Assembly (NCBI GenBank): GCA_030603365.1
Contig: JAUVXV010000002.1
Span: 96,001-160,000 of the forward strand
Length of the DNA: 64,000 nt
From: Candidatus Heimdallarchaeota archaeon
GTDB lineage: Archaea; Asgardarchaeota; Heimdallarchaeia; Heimdallarchaeales; Heimdallarchaeaceae
Direction of reading: 5' to 3'
Shown here: piece by piece, positions 39,585 through 49,319 of the stretch
How the letters are laid out: each line of letters begins with the position of its first letter
How positions within the stretch are numbered: the stretch's first letter is position 1
Position numbers and translations under genes: made by a program
Notes under the pieces: model-generated
Database searches by the model: none
Told to the model about the DNA's origin: nothing
Seen by the model: the letters and a program-made list of their open reading frames with translations, nothing else

Positions 39585-40338
39585 ATTTCTTATAGTTCCA
39601 AGTTCTACCTACATGTTCTGTTTTACTTATAATCTTCTTATCTTCTCTAACATAAATCCACTTTTTCTGCGGGATTTGCCAATTATCACCATAATAATAT
39701 GCTAAATATTCTTCAGAATTTTGAGGAATAAGAAAATCCATATCATAGAATTTAGTATTCTCTAGACTTAGAAAATATTTACTTGGTGTAACTACCAATC
39801 CTCTTCTGTTACCTGTTTTACTAGCTAAAGTGTTTAAAAAAGAAGCTGTTTTTAGTTTCAAGAATTCAGGAATTAAATCTGTCATTTTTGATCCTATAAA
39901 TTTTATAATTTTCATAGATGAATTAAAAGTTTCTTTGTTAAGTTTTCCAGAATGAGAAAATAGCACTATCCAATTTAATGATGCAAGAACAAAGCCAATT
40001 TTATTTTCAATATATCTTAAAGGAGCAATTACTTCATCCTCTTTCAACCTCCAGAAGACAAGTTGAACATCAATTTCTCCTTTTCTAATCATCATCACAT
40101 TATGATAGACTGAAAAATAGGTTTCATACCCATGCTCACAAAATTCTTTATTCAGTTTTTTCATTTTAGGCATATAAGTATCCCAGGTTCCTAAATCTAT
40201 GTCATAATCCCACTTGATGAAAGCTCCTTCTCTAATAGCACCAAGCAGAGTTCCTGATTCTAACCAAAATTCAACTTCATTTGTTTCTAGAATTTTCTTG
40301 ATTAATTTCAGAGCTTCCACTGCGTCAAATTCTTCCAT
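39562..40338 (-). CDS. LicD/fukutin-family phosphotransferase
   Basis: WLESGTLLGAIREGAFIKWDYDIDL and YLAYYYGDNWQIP. Confidence 0.9.
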   Translation of the reverse strand: MEEFDAVEALKLIKKILETNEVEFWLESGTLLGAIREGAFIKWDYDIDLGTWDTYMPKMKKLNKEFCEHGYETYFSVYHNVMMIRKGEIDVQLVFWRLKEDEVIAPLRYIENKIGFVLASLNWIVLFSHSGKLNKETFNSSMKIIKFIGSKMTDLIPEFLKLKTASFLNTLASKTGNRRGLVVTPSKYFLSLENTKFYDMDFLIPQNSEEYLAYYYGDNWQIPQKKWIYVREDKKIISKTEHVGRTWNYKKFGRKFET

Positions 40339-40796
40339 TTATTTTCACTTAGTAGCGTATATACAAATTAAACAAATTTCAATTTATTTAATTATTATGG
40401 TATGGCGTGTCTATTTTTTTATATCTCTCGTATTTTAAAAAACAACTGCTTGTTTCTTTATATTTGATAGATTTTCTTCTAATCTTATTTTACAATTTTC
40501 TTTGACACCATTTCAAGTATAGGTGAGGGTTTTTCATGAGAAAGATGAAAAAACAGAAGTCTGAAGAAAAAGTTAAAAATGAATTTCAAGAATAAAAAGG
40601 GATACTTAAATATAAGAAAATGAGTGTTAAAAAAGAGATGTTTGTAATAGGTGTTATTTTAGAGAACTTCTGAACAAGTTTTATACTTAAATTAATATAT
40701 ATATATTTATGAGATATAATTAAGGAGAAATGAATCTATGTATTTTAAATTAATAGACTATCTAAGCTAAAATCATCTAGAATAAATGGTGGAACA

Positions 40797-41906
40797 ATGA
40801 ATATTGCATATTACATCTCATCTTTTGGATTAGGTCATACTTCTAGAGCAATACCCATTATCCAGAGATTGAAAGCTGAAAATAAGGTTTTTGTTAAATG
40901 CACTTCTTTGAGTATGAACTCTATTAGAGGTAATATACAAAATCAAGATAATCTATTTATTTTTAAGAAAATAAACGATTTATGGTTAAAATATAGATAT
41001 AGTGAACCATTAATTGAAGAAAGTATTGATGAAGCTTACACTTTCTATGAGAATTTGTATGAAAAAATAATTGATCAAGAGAAGAAATTCATTCAAAATA
41101 ATAAAATAGATCTGATTATATCAGATATTGCTCCTTTCCTAGATAAGGTTAGTAAAGAGAACAATATTCCTATTATTGGTATTAGTAACTTTGATTGGGG
41201 AGTGCTTTTCAATCATTTATATGAGAAATATCCATATAGAAAACTAGAAAGAATATCTCAAAGGCTCTCAGATTCTTTTGAATCATATGATCTTCAAATT
41301 GCTTTACCTCTTAATAAAAATCTACTAACTAATAAGAACAGAAAGAAGGTAGGATTTTACACAAAATTAGCAACTAGAAATAAACAAGAGATTTTCAAAT
41401 TACTAAACTTAAAAAATGATTTAATGACGGTTTTCCTTTCTTTAGGAATGTCTATAGATTTGCCATTGGAGACATTTAAAGAAATATTTCTGGAAACTGA
41501 TTATCAAATAGTTGCATCAAATAGAAACAAAATAAAAAATCAATCAAATTTTAAGTTTGTTCCTAAAGGTGATTTTAAAGTTCAAGACTATATTTCTGCA
41601 TCTGACATCTTTATAGGAAAACCAGGCTGGGGATCATTAAGCGAATGCTATTGTTTTTCAATTCCAGCGATTTTAATAGAATTTGGCGAGAATTTAGAAT
41701 GGCAGATTATGATTAATGAATATATCAATTTCAAACCAAATACTTCCAAAATATCTTTCTCTGAATTGAACAGAAAAAACTTAAATAGACTGATTGAAAA
41801 AGCACGAAATACAGAAGAAATAAAAATTGAAGAAAAGTATTCAAAGGCATTGAAAATAAGTAACAAGACTCTTAATGAGATATATAACATAATAAGTGAA
41901 TTTTAG
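40797..41906 (+). CDS. GT-B glycosyltransferase (MJ1255/GT28-like)
   Basis: YYISSFGLGHTSR, DLIISDI, DIFIGKPGWGSLSE. Confidence 0.75.
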   Translation: MNIAYYISSFGLGHTSRAIPIIQRLKAENKVFVKCTSLSMNSIRGNIQNQDNLFIFKKINDLWLKYRYSEPLIEESIDEAYTFYENLYEKIIDQEKKFIQNNKIDLIISDIAPFLDKVSKENNIPIIGISNFDWGVLFNHLYEKYPYRKLERISQRLSDSFESYDLQIALPLNKNLLTNKNRKKVGFYTKLATRNKQEIFKLLNLKNDLMTVFLSLGMSIDLPLETFKEIFLETDYQIVASNRNKIKNQSNFKFVPKGDFKVQDYISASDIFIGKPGWGSLSECYCFSIPAILIEFGENLEWQIMINEYINFKPNTSKISFSELNRKNLNRLIEKARNTEEIKIEEKYSKALKISNKTLNEIYNIISEF

Positions 41907-41999
41907 ATTCAGAAAATTCTATAATAAGTTTAGGATTTATATACCAAGGTTCTAAAGATACTCTTTTAATATCTGCATCAAATTTTTATATGATTTAAA

Positions 42000-43301
42000 A
42001 TGTCAACTGTTTATGTAGCTTTGAGTGCAGATTTTATTCATGCTGGACATATTAATATCCTGAAGACAGCAAGAGAACTAGGTGATGTAATTATAGGTTT
42101 GTTAACTGATGAAGCTATTGCAACATACAAACGATTACCAGTTTTAGATTATGATCAAAGGAAAATGTTAGTGGAAAATATAATAGGTGTATCTAAAGTT
42201 ATACCTCAAGAAACGTTAGATTATACAGAAAACCTAAGAGAAATCAAACCAGATTATGTTGTTCATGGTACTGATTGGAGAACTGGAGTACAAAAAATAA
42301 CCAGAGAAAGAGTAATAGAAATCTTGAAAGAGTGGGGAGGGAAGCTTATAGAACCAGAATATACTGAGAATTTATCTTCATCAGATTTAATACGAGATAA
42401 ATTTGGAATTGGGACTACTCCTGATGCTAGAATGAAGAAATTAAGAAGATTAATCAATCTCAAACCTTTAGTGAGAATTATAGAAGTTCACAATGGATTA
42501 ACTGGAAGAATAGTGGAAGAAGTTAAGATTACAGAAGGCGAAACTATTCGAGAATTTGATGGAATGTGGATAAGTAGTTTAACTGATTCCACTGCAAAAG
42601 GAAAACCAGATACCGAGTACGTAGACATTACATCAAGATTACAGACGATAAATGAAATTTTTGATGTAACAACAAAACCCCTTATTCTTGATGGAGATAC
42701 TGGTGGTTTACCTGAGCATTTCCATTTAACTGTAAGAACTCTTGAACGCTATGGAGTTTCAGCAGTTATCATTGAAGACAAAATTGGTCCAAAAAGAAAT
42801 TCATTATTTGGTGCAGATGTTCAACAAACACAAGATACAATTGATAATTTTAGCTTTAAGATAAATATAGGTAAAAAAGCTCAAATTACTGAAAGCTTTA
42901 TGATTATAGCAAGGATAGAGAGCTTCATACTTAAAAAGGGATTAGAAGATGCTTTGAAAAGAGCAAAAGCATATATTGAAGCTGGTGCAGACGGTATAAT
43001 GATTCATAGTAAAGAGAAGACTCCAAAAGAGATATTAGATTTCTGTGATGAATATTCAAAATTTGAAAAAAAAGTTCCTCTTGTCGCTGTTCCTTCAACT
43101 TTCAGTACAATAACTGAGGATGAGTTGATTGATGCTGGAGTAAAGATTGTAATTTATGCAAATCATCTACTACGTAGCGCATACCCTTCTATGATTAAGA
43201 CAGCTAAAAGTATTTTAATGAATCGTAGATGTCATGAAGCTTCTGAGGTAAATTGTATACCAATAAAAGAAATTATTAGATTAATACCAGGAGCAGAATA
43301 A
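42000..43301 (+). CDS. pepM: Phosphoenolpyruvate mutase with N-terminal cytidylyltransferase domain
   Basis: HAGH nucleotidyltransferase motif; PepM signature [10 protein letters not shown] (EDKx5NS); DGDTG, IIARIES. Confidence 0.95.
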   Translation: MSTVYVALSADFIHAGHINILKTARELGDVIIGLLTDEAIATYKRLPVLDYDQRKMLVENIIGVSKVIPQETLDYTENLREIKPDYVVHGTDWRTGVQKITRERVIEILKEWGGKLIEPEYTENLSSSDLIRDKFGIGTTPDARMKKLRRLINLKPLVRIIEVHNGLTGRIVEEVKITEGETIREFDGMWISSLTDSTAKGKPDTEYVDITSRLQTINEIFDVTTKPLILDGDTGGLPEHFHLTVRTLERYGVSAVIIEDKIGPKRNSLFGADVQQTQDTIDNFSFKINIGKKAQITESFMIIARIESFILKKGLEDALKRAKAYIEAGADGIMIHSKEKTPKEILDFCDEYSKFEKKVPLVAVPSTFSTITEDELIDAGVKIVIYANHLLRSAYPSMIKTAKSILMNRRCHEASEVNCIPIKEIIRLIPGAE

Positions 43302-44431
43302 TGAAATGCGAAGAGCTCTGGAAGATTTTCAAAGATGAAAATTTGACTTTTTTTACTGGTGTTCCCGATTCTACATATAAATCGTGGATGAGTTTTTTGG
43401 ATAACAAAACTGGGAAGGGTCTAACAAATATTATAGCAAGTAATGAATGTGAAGCCATTGGGATAGCAGCAGGATATCATTTAGCTACAAATGAGGTAGG
43501 GATTGCTTACATGCAAAACGCGGGATTAGGAAAAACAGTGAATCCCATAACATCTTTAGCAGATAAAGAAGTATATTCAATACCAATGTTGCTTTTGATT
43601 GGATGGAGAGGAGAACCTGGAAAAAAAGATGAACCCCAGCACAAGAAAATGGGGAGAATTACACTTCCTTTACTTAATGTTTTAGAGATACCTTACTCTA
43701 TCCTTCCATCTAACGAAGAAGAAGCTAGAATGACAATAAAAACAGTAAAAAATAAAATAAAAAATAATAATTCTCCTTATGCATTGATAGTCAAAAAAGG
43801 AACATTAGATCCTTTTATCTCAACAGATATTGAAGAAGAAGAAGAATATGAATTAAGGAGAGAAGAAGTCATTAAAATCATTATTGATAATATCAAAGAC
43901 AAATATGTCATTGTAGCAACCACTGGAAAAACGTCAAGAGAACTATTTGAAATCAGAATGATGAGAAAAGAACAGCCTAAAGATTTTTACACAATTGGTT
44001 CAATGGGATGTGCGTCCTCGATTTCTTTAGGAATTGCTTTGAATTCTTCTAAAAAAACGCTAATTCTAGATGGAGATGGAGCTACTCTTATGCAAATGGG
44101 AACATTAGCAACGATTGGATATTATAAGCCAGAAAATCTCCATCATATAATATTTGATAATCATTGTCATGAATCCACAGGAGGGCAGCCTACAGTCTCT
44201 AAAATTGTTCAATATGATAAAATAGCGTTATCTTGTGGATATAATTCAACTAAAACAATATTCAATAGAAAAGAATTAATGAATTACATAAATGTAATTG
44301 ATAAAATTAAATGTCCTAGTTTAGCAATTATTAAAGTAAGAAAAGGTTCAAGATCAGATTTAGGTAGACCTACAATTACACCCTATGAAAACAAAATAAG
44401 TTTTATGAAACTATTCCAAGATGAGACATAA
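43301..44431 (+). CDS. ppd: Phosphonopyruvate decarboxylase
   Basis: FTGVPDS, MQNAGLG, GWRGEPG..DEPQH, GSMG, DGDG...N..HESTGGQPT. Confidence 0.95.
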   Translation: MKCEELWKIFKDENLTFFTGVPDSTYKSWMSFLDNKTGKGLTNIIASNECEAIGIAAGYHLATNEVGIAYMQNAGLGKTVNPITSLADKEVYSIPMLLLIGWRGEPGKKDEPQHKKMGRITLPLLNVLEIPYSILPSNEEEARMTIKTVKNKIKNNNSPYALIVKKGTLDPFISTDIEEEEEYELRREEVIKIIIDNIKDKYVIVATTGKTSRELFEIRMMRKEQPKDFYTIGSMGCASSISLGIALNSSKKTLILDGDGATLMQMGTLATIGYYKPENLHHIIFDNHCHESTGGQPTVSKIVQYDKIALSCGYNSTKTIFNRKELMNYINVIDKIKCPSLAIIKVRKGSRSDLGRPTITPYENKISFMKLFQDET

Positions 44432-44452
44432 CCATAATAAGAAGGTGAATGA

Positions 44453-45607
44453 ATGGAGGAGTACTATAATCCAGTAAAAATTGTATTTGGGTCATCATCT
44501 CTAAATCAAATAGGAAAAATAGTAGAAAAATATAAACTCAATAATAAAATCCTCATTATATCTGGTAAAACTATGAGAGAGCTTGGAGTAATACAAAGAA
44601 TTGAAACTATATTAGAGAAAAATGAAAATGTAGTAGAAACTTTCGAAAAAGTATTTGCTAATCCTACTTTTAGATTAATAGATGAAACAACTCTTTTAGC
44701 TAGAAGAGGCGAATATGGGTTGATAATTGGTATAGGAGGAGGATCCTCTCTTGATTGTGCGAAATGCACTGCAATCTTATCAAAAAATGAAGGAAATATA
44801 TCAGATTATTTATTCAATTATAAAAATATCACAAATTCTGGAATCCCTTTCATAGCAATTCCTACAACTGCAGGAACAGGGAGTGAAGTTACTATGTGGG
44901 CAACAGTTTGGAGAAATGATGATGAGTTCAAGAAAAAATACTCGATGTCGGATAAGAAAATGTATGCAAAAGTAGCAATAGTAGATCCTGAGTTAACTTT
45001 GAGTCTTCCTCCTTACCAAACAGCAATAACTGGTTTAGATGCGCTTTCTCAAGCTATTGAGGCATATTGGTCAAGAAATCACAATCCGACATCAGATAAA
45101 CATGCTCTTGAAGCAATATCATTAATCTTTAACAATGTTGAAATAGCTTTCAAAGATTCTACTAATCTAGAAGTCAGAGAAAAAATGCTATTTGGTAGTT
45201 TGGAATCAGGGTTAGCATTTAGTAATACAAAAACAACAGCTGTACATTCTGTTTCATACCCTATAACCGCTTTGTATAATGTACCTCACGGTTTAGCTTG
45301 TGCATTAGTTTTAGGGAGTTTCCTTGTATTTAACTCCAAAGTATGTAATGAAAATCTTCCAGAAGCTTCAGATAGAATAGAAAAAATCGTTGAATGCCTA
45401 GATTCTCAAAATGCATTAGAAGCTAAAGAAAAAATCGAAAATCTAATGAAGAAAATGAATCTTCCTACAAAACTTAGTGAACTAGGTATTGATGAAAATG
45501 GTATAGATTTAATCATTAAGGAAGGTTTTACTAAAGGAAGGATTGAAAATAATCCAAGAAAAGTTACTAAAAATGATTTATATAAAATACTAATAAATTT
45601 ACTTTAG
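44453..45607 (+). CDS. Phosphonoacetaldehyde reductase (group III Fe-ADH, PhpC/FomC-like)
   Basis: GGGSSLD, IPTTAGTGSEVT, DALSQAIEAYWS, AFSNTKTTAVH, HG; directly follows ppd. Confidence 0.85.
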   Translation: MEEYYNPVKIVFGSSSLNQIGKIVEKYKLNNKILIISGKTMRELGVIQRIETILEKNENVVETFEKVFANPTFRLIDETTLLARRGEYGLIIGIGGGSSLDCAKCTAILSKNEGNISDYLFNYKNITNSGIPFIAIPTTAGTGSEVTMWATVWRNDDEFKKKYSMSDKKMYAKVAIVDPELTLSLPPYQTAITGLDALSQAIEAYWSRNHNPTSDKHALEAISLIFNNVEIAFKDSTNLEVREKMLFGSLESGLAFSNTKTTAVHSVSYPITALYNVPHGLACALVLGSFLVFNSKVCNENLPEASDRIEKIVECLDSQNALEAKEKIENLMKKMNLPTKLSELGIDENGIDLIIKEGFTKGRIENNPRKVTKNDLYKILINLL

Positions 45608-45618
45608 GTATCAGTAAT

Positions 45619-46362
45619 ATGAAAGCACTAATATTAAATTCAGGTGTTGGAACAAGATTAAAACCAACAACAAATTTATTGCCAAAATGTTTGATTGAGA
45701 TAAATGATCAGACTATTTTAGAACGCCAACTTAATGCATTAAAACAGATTAACATTCACGATTATATAATAACAACTGGACCTTTCGAAGAGAAATTAAT
45801 TGGTTTTGTAAATGAAAAATTCAAAGATTTAAATGTAACATATGTTAAAAACACTTATTACGATACAACTAACTATATTTACTCTATTTGGCTCGCTAGG
45901 AATAAAATTGACGATGATATTTTACTTCTTCATGGTGATCTAGTGTTTGATCCATCGCTTCTAGAACGTTTAATTAACACAAAAAGTAATAACTATATTT
46001 TAGTTAATAATACAATTCCTCTACCCAAAAAAGATTTCAAAGCTTTGGTATTAGATAACAAAATAAAGAAGATAGGAGTAAATTTCTTCGGGGAAAACGT
46101 ATATTTCTGTGCCCCACTTTATAAAATAAAAAAAGAAACAATGAAGATTTGGATTAAGAAAATGAATGAGTTCATAAAAAATGGAAAAGTAGCAAGTTAT
46201 GCAGAAGATGCACTAAATGAAATCACTGATCAAATAGATCTTCTACCCTTGTACTACACTAAAGAATTCTGTATGGAAATTGATTCACATGAAGACCTTA
46301 AAATAGCAAAAGAATACTTCCATAAGGACAAAAATGTATCTAAAAACAAAAGAAAGCAGTAG
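45619..46362 (+). CDS. Phosphonate/phosphocholine cytidylyltransferase (PntC/LicC-like)
   Basis: ILNSGVGTRL...PKCL, TNYIYS, HGDLVF, EIDSHEDL. Confidence 0.85.
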   Translation: MKALILNSGVGTRLKPTTNLLPKCLIEINDQTILERQLNALKQINIHDYIITTGPFEEKLIGFVNEKFKDLNVTYVKNTYYDTTNYIYSIWLARNKIDDDILLLHGDLVFDPSLLERLINTKSNNYILVNNTIPLPKKDFKALVLDNKIKKIGVNFFGENVYFCAPLYKIKKETMKIWIKKMNEFIKNGKVASYAEDALNEITDQIDLLPLYYTKEFCMEIDSHEDLKIAKEYFHKDKNVSKNKRKQ

Positions 46363-46475
46363 AATTGGAGAATACTCAACAAATCAATTATAGATTTTTA
46401 TTATTTAAAACGAAAAAATCCTACTACATATCTTAATCCTAGAAAAGGAAATCTTGCAGGAATTAAATAAATTTC

Positions 46476-47525
46476 TCATTCTTGCATGAAATATTTCCAA
46501 TATAGGATTTCATCTTCACCTAAATCTTGCAGAATTTTCTTCCCCAGTATTAAGTCATAATAAGTTGGATCAATTCCTTTTCCTGGTCTCTTTGTGGTGA
46601 TGTCATCAGCTGTAATCACTTGTCCTTTTTTCAATGCTTTAGCTGTAACTATTGATCTTCTCGCATTTTTCCTTGCTGGTAACTCTGCATTAATAATTCT
46701 CTTCTCCTCATCTCCTAGAATTTTTGTAACAAGTTCAACATTATCTGAAAGTAGTTTTAGGTCTTGAGGATCCATTGCATGGTAATGATCATTTCCAGGA
46801 AGAGTTTTATCTAGAGTAAAATGCTTTTCTAGAACAGATGCACCCATCAGATGAGCAACTATCAGAGTAATCATAGCTTTATCTGGTTTAGTGTGATCTG
46901 AATACCCTACAAGATTTTCTGGAAAGATTTTCTTTAGATGCTTTATCATTCGAAGATTGGCATCTTCAAACTTTGTTGGGTAGCTCAGAATGCAGTGCAA
47001 CGGGACTATAGGCACATTTTCAACCACTTTGATCGTTGTAATCGCATGCTCTATTTCTCCCAAGGTTGCTGCGCCAGTTGATAGGAAAATAGGTTTCTTT
47101 TTCTCAGCGATATAACGCAAGAAAGGTATATTGGTAATATCAGCTGAAGCAATCTTATAAAGTGGAACTAGTGGGTCTAGAAAATCTACTGCATTATTAT
47201 CGAAAGGAGTTGACAGAAAGAATATTTTGTTTCTTTCCGCTTCTTTAGCTAAATCTCTATAATCATCCTCTTCAAAAGTGTCATATTGTTTGAAAAAATC
47301 CCTTTGGGTTTTGTTTGTATCCCAATATGCTGGAGAATCTTTAGCAGCGATAGTCTCAGCTTTGTATGATTGGAATTTGATTGCATCTGCACCGTTTTTA
47401 GCTGCTTCCCTCACCATTTCTAGAGCTGTTTCCATGCTGTTTTCGTAATTAACACCAGCTTCTGCAATGATGAAAGGTTTTCCACCTTCTTGGATAGTTC
47501 TATCTCCAATCTTCAAGCTTTTCAT
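46476..47525 (-). CDS. Nonulosonic acid synthase (NeuB/PseI/SpsE family) with C-terminal SAF domain
   Basis: IIAEAGVN, KFQ, STPFD, KIAS, LHC..SYP, GYSDHT, EKHFTLD, ARRS, KRPG. Confidence 0.92.
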   Translation of the reverse strand: MKSLKIGDRTIQEGGKPFIIAEAGVNYENSMETALEMVREAAKNGADAIKFQSYKAETIAAKDSPAYWDTNKTQRDFFKQYDTFEEDDYRDLAKEAERNKIFFLSTPFDNNAVDFLDPLVPLYKIASADITNIPFLRYIAEKKKPIFLSTGAATLGEIEHAITTIKVVENVPIVPLHCILSYPTKFEDANLRMIKHLKKIFPENLVGYSDHTKPDKAMITLIVAHLMGASVLEKHFTLDKTLPGNDHYHAMDPQDLKLLSDNVELVTKILGDEEKRIINAELPARKNARRSIVTAKALKKGQVITADDITTKRPGKGIDPTYYDLILGKKILQDLGEDEILYWKYFMQE

Positions 47526-47532
47526 ATGATTT

Positions 47533-49236
47533 CTACTCTGGTGGTATATTTAAGATATTCGAAGGGAATTTTTCATCGTAGTGGTCAAAAATAGTTCTCA
47601 AAACGCGTTTGATTCCACTTCTTAAATCATAGCGAAGATGAGATTTGTTCATCTCTAATCGTTTAGAATAATCTTCTAACAATAATTTCAATTCTTGTTC
47701 TATTTTTGAATCAATTTGTTCATCTGCTAATCCAAGATAGGTTACACCTGGTGCTTCTTCTGCGAAAGTATGGAGGGTTTCTCGTTCATTTTGGGCTATA
47801 GTGATACATGGTACTCCAATCGCAGCAATTTCAAAGACTGTTCTACCATTGGAAGTTATCGCTAAATCAGCCTTGTACATGTGTTGAGACATGAGTTTTA
47901 CATCTTGAAACACATTTATCTTAAAACCAGATTTATTCATCACAGAAGCGAGTTTTTGGATGTTTTCTAGCGATTTGTAACCTAATCCCAATATAAGAGT
48001 TATATCAATGTCTTTCAACTGTAGTTTTTCTATTGTTTTCAGACAAGTTTTAGAGAGATTGTTTTGATCGACTCCCCCAAAGGTAATTAGGATGTTTTTT
48101 ACTTCTTTCTCTATTGTTTTAAATGGGACAAGATGAAATTCATCTCGCAAACATAGGTACTTGTATCCGTTGAAAATATGATCTTGTTTATCTTCAGTAT
48201 CTGTAGCATTGACAGCATTAAACACTAAATCTGCTTCTTTTAAACCAGCTGCTAAATCTTCAAAAGTTACTAAGAAGGGGTTATAGGATTTTATTTGTTG
48301 AAGATAATTTTCTTCTGTGTCAAGAATATCTATTAGAATAATATCAGGGTCATTATTTTCTATAACTTTGAAGAATTCTTCTTCCTTCTCAATCTCTACT
48401 ACTTCGAAGTTCTGAGAATATACTTTTGCTAATCCTAACTTTGATGATTTCTTAATTACAAATTTAACATCGTGTTCTAGTAGATTATTTGCTATTGTGA
48501 TCATTCGATAAATATGCCCCATTCCTATTTCATTATCTCCATCTACTCGTAAGAGAAACTTCTTTCTAGAGAGTATTTTTTCTGCTAATGTCCAGTCAAG
48601 ATAATTATCGATATCTATCCCTTCTAATTCGGATAGTTCGAAAATCTCCAGCGGTTCGACCATCCTTGTACTTTCTGTTACAATTTCTGATTTAGAGATA
48701 ACAAATCCACCTGTTTCAAAAAATACTGGTTCAAGTTGCCGCCTATTCAATCTTTTAGGATAATAAGGAGATAATTGCTTATCCTTCTTCTCCCAGAAAA
48801 GATGTTGTGTTGGAATAACAGAAATCATTGACGAACTATTTTTTTCTACAAACTTCTCTATTGCTTTATCTAATGAACTTGTTTTTAATAATGGACTAGT
48901 TGGTTGTAGAGTGATAATTATATCAAATTCTGTATTCGATTGTTCTTGATAAGCTTTGTAAGCATGATAAATAACGGGATCTAAAGTTGTTTGATCTTGA
49001 GCTAAATCTGAAGGACGTTCTATAATCTTATCTGCACCAAAAATGTAGGAGATGTTTCCGATTTCACTATCATCTGTAGTTACAACTGTTTTATCAATGT
49101 ATTTTGATTTCTTAGCTGTTTTGATGATGTAAGCAATTAGGGGGTTCCTATTTAGAAATCTAATATTTTTTCTAGGAATTATTTTCGAACCTCCTCGAGC
49201 AGGTATTATAGCAAGTATTCTCTTATCTTTATACAC
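47533..49236 (-). CDS. Fusion of acylneuraminate cytidylyltransferase (NeuA/PseF) and PseG/SpsG-like GT-B UDP-sugar hydrolase
   Basis: IPARGGSK..PRKN, LQPTSP, DIDN, then RVDG...IGMGHIYR, ITFGGVD, DLAITSNGRTVFE. Confidence 0.88.
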   Translation of the reverse strand: MYKDKRILAIIPARGGSKIIPRKNIRFLNRNPLIAYIIKTAKKSKYIDKTVVTTDDSEIGNISYIFGADKIIERPSDLAQDQTTLDPVIYHAYKAYQEQSNTEFDIIITLQPTSPLLKTSSLDKAIEKFVEKNSSSMISVIPTQHLFWEKKDKQLSPYYPKRLNRRQLEPVFFETGGFVISKSEIVTESTRMVEPLEIFELSELEGIDIDNYLDWTLAEKILSRKKFLLRVDGDNEIGMGHIYRMITIANNLLEHDVKFVIKKSSKLGLAKVYSQNFEVVEIEKEEEFFKVIENNDPDIILIDILDTEENYLQQIKSYNPFLVTFEDLAAGLKEADLVFNAVNATDTEDKQDHIFNGYKYLCLRDEFHLVPFKTIEKEVKNILITFGGVDQNNLSKTCLKTIEKLQLKDIDITLILGLGYKSLENIQKLASVMNKSGFKINVFQDVKLMSQHMYKADLAITSNGRTVFEIAAIGVPCITIAQNERETLHTFAEEAPGVTYLGLADEQIDSKIEQELKLLLEDYSKRLEMNKSHLRYDLRSGIKRVLRTIFDHYDEKFPSNILNIPPE

Positions 49237-49319
49237 AACTTTTCAGAGATTATGTGATTATATGAGTTTTTCGTAAAATGAGGAAGAGAGCTGAATACAT
49301 GAAATTCAATCAATAAGAT

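Noticed and set aside
42000-46362. Methylphosphonate or fosfomycin-type antibiotic biosynthesis
   Set aside because: No MpnS/HepD dioxygenase, radical-SAM methyltransferase or epoxidase; the context is surface glycan
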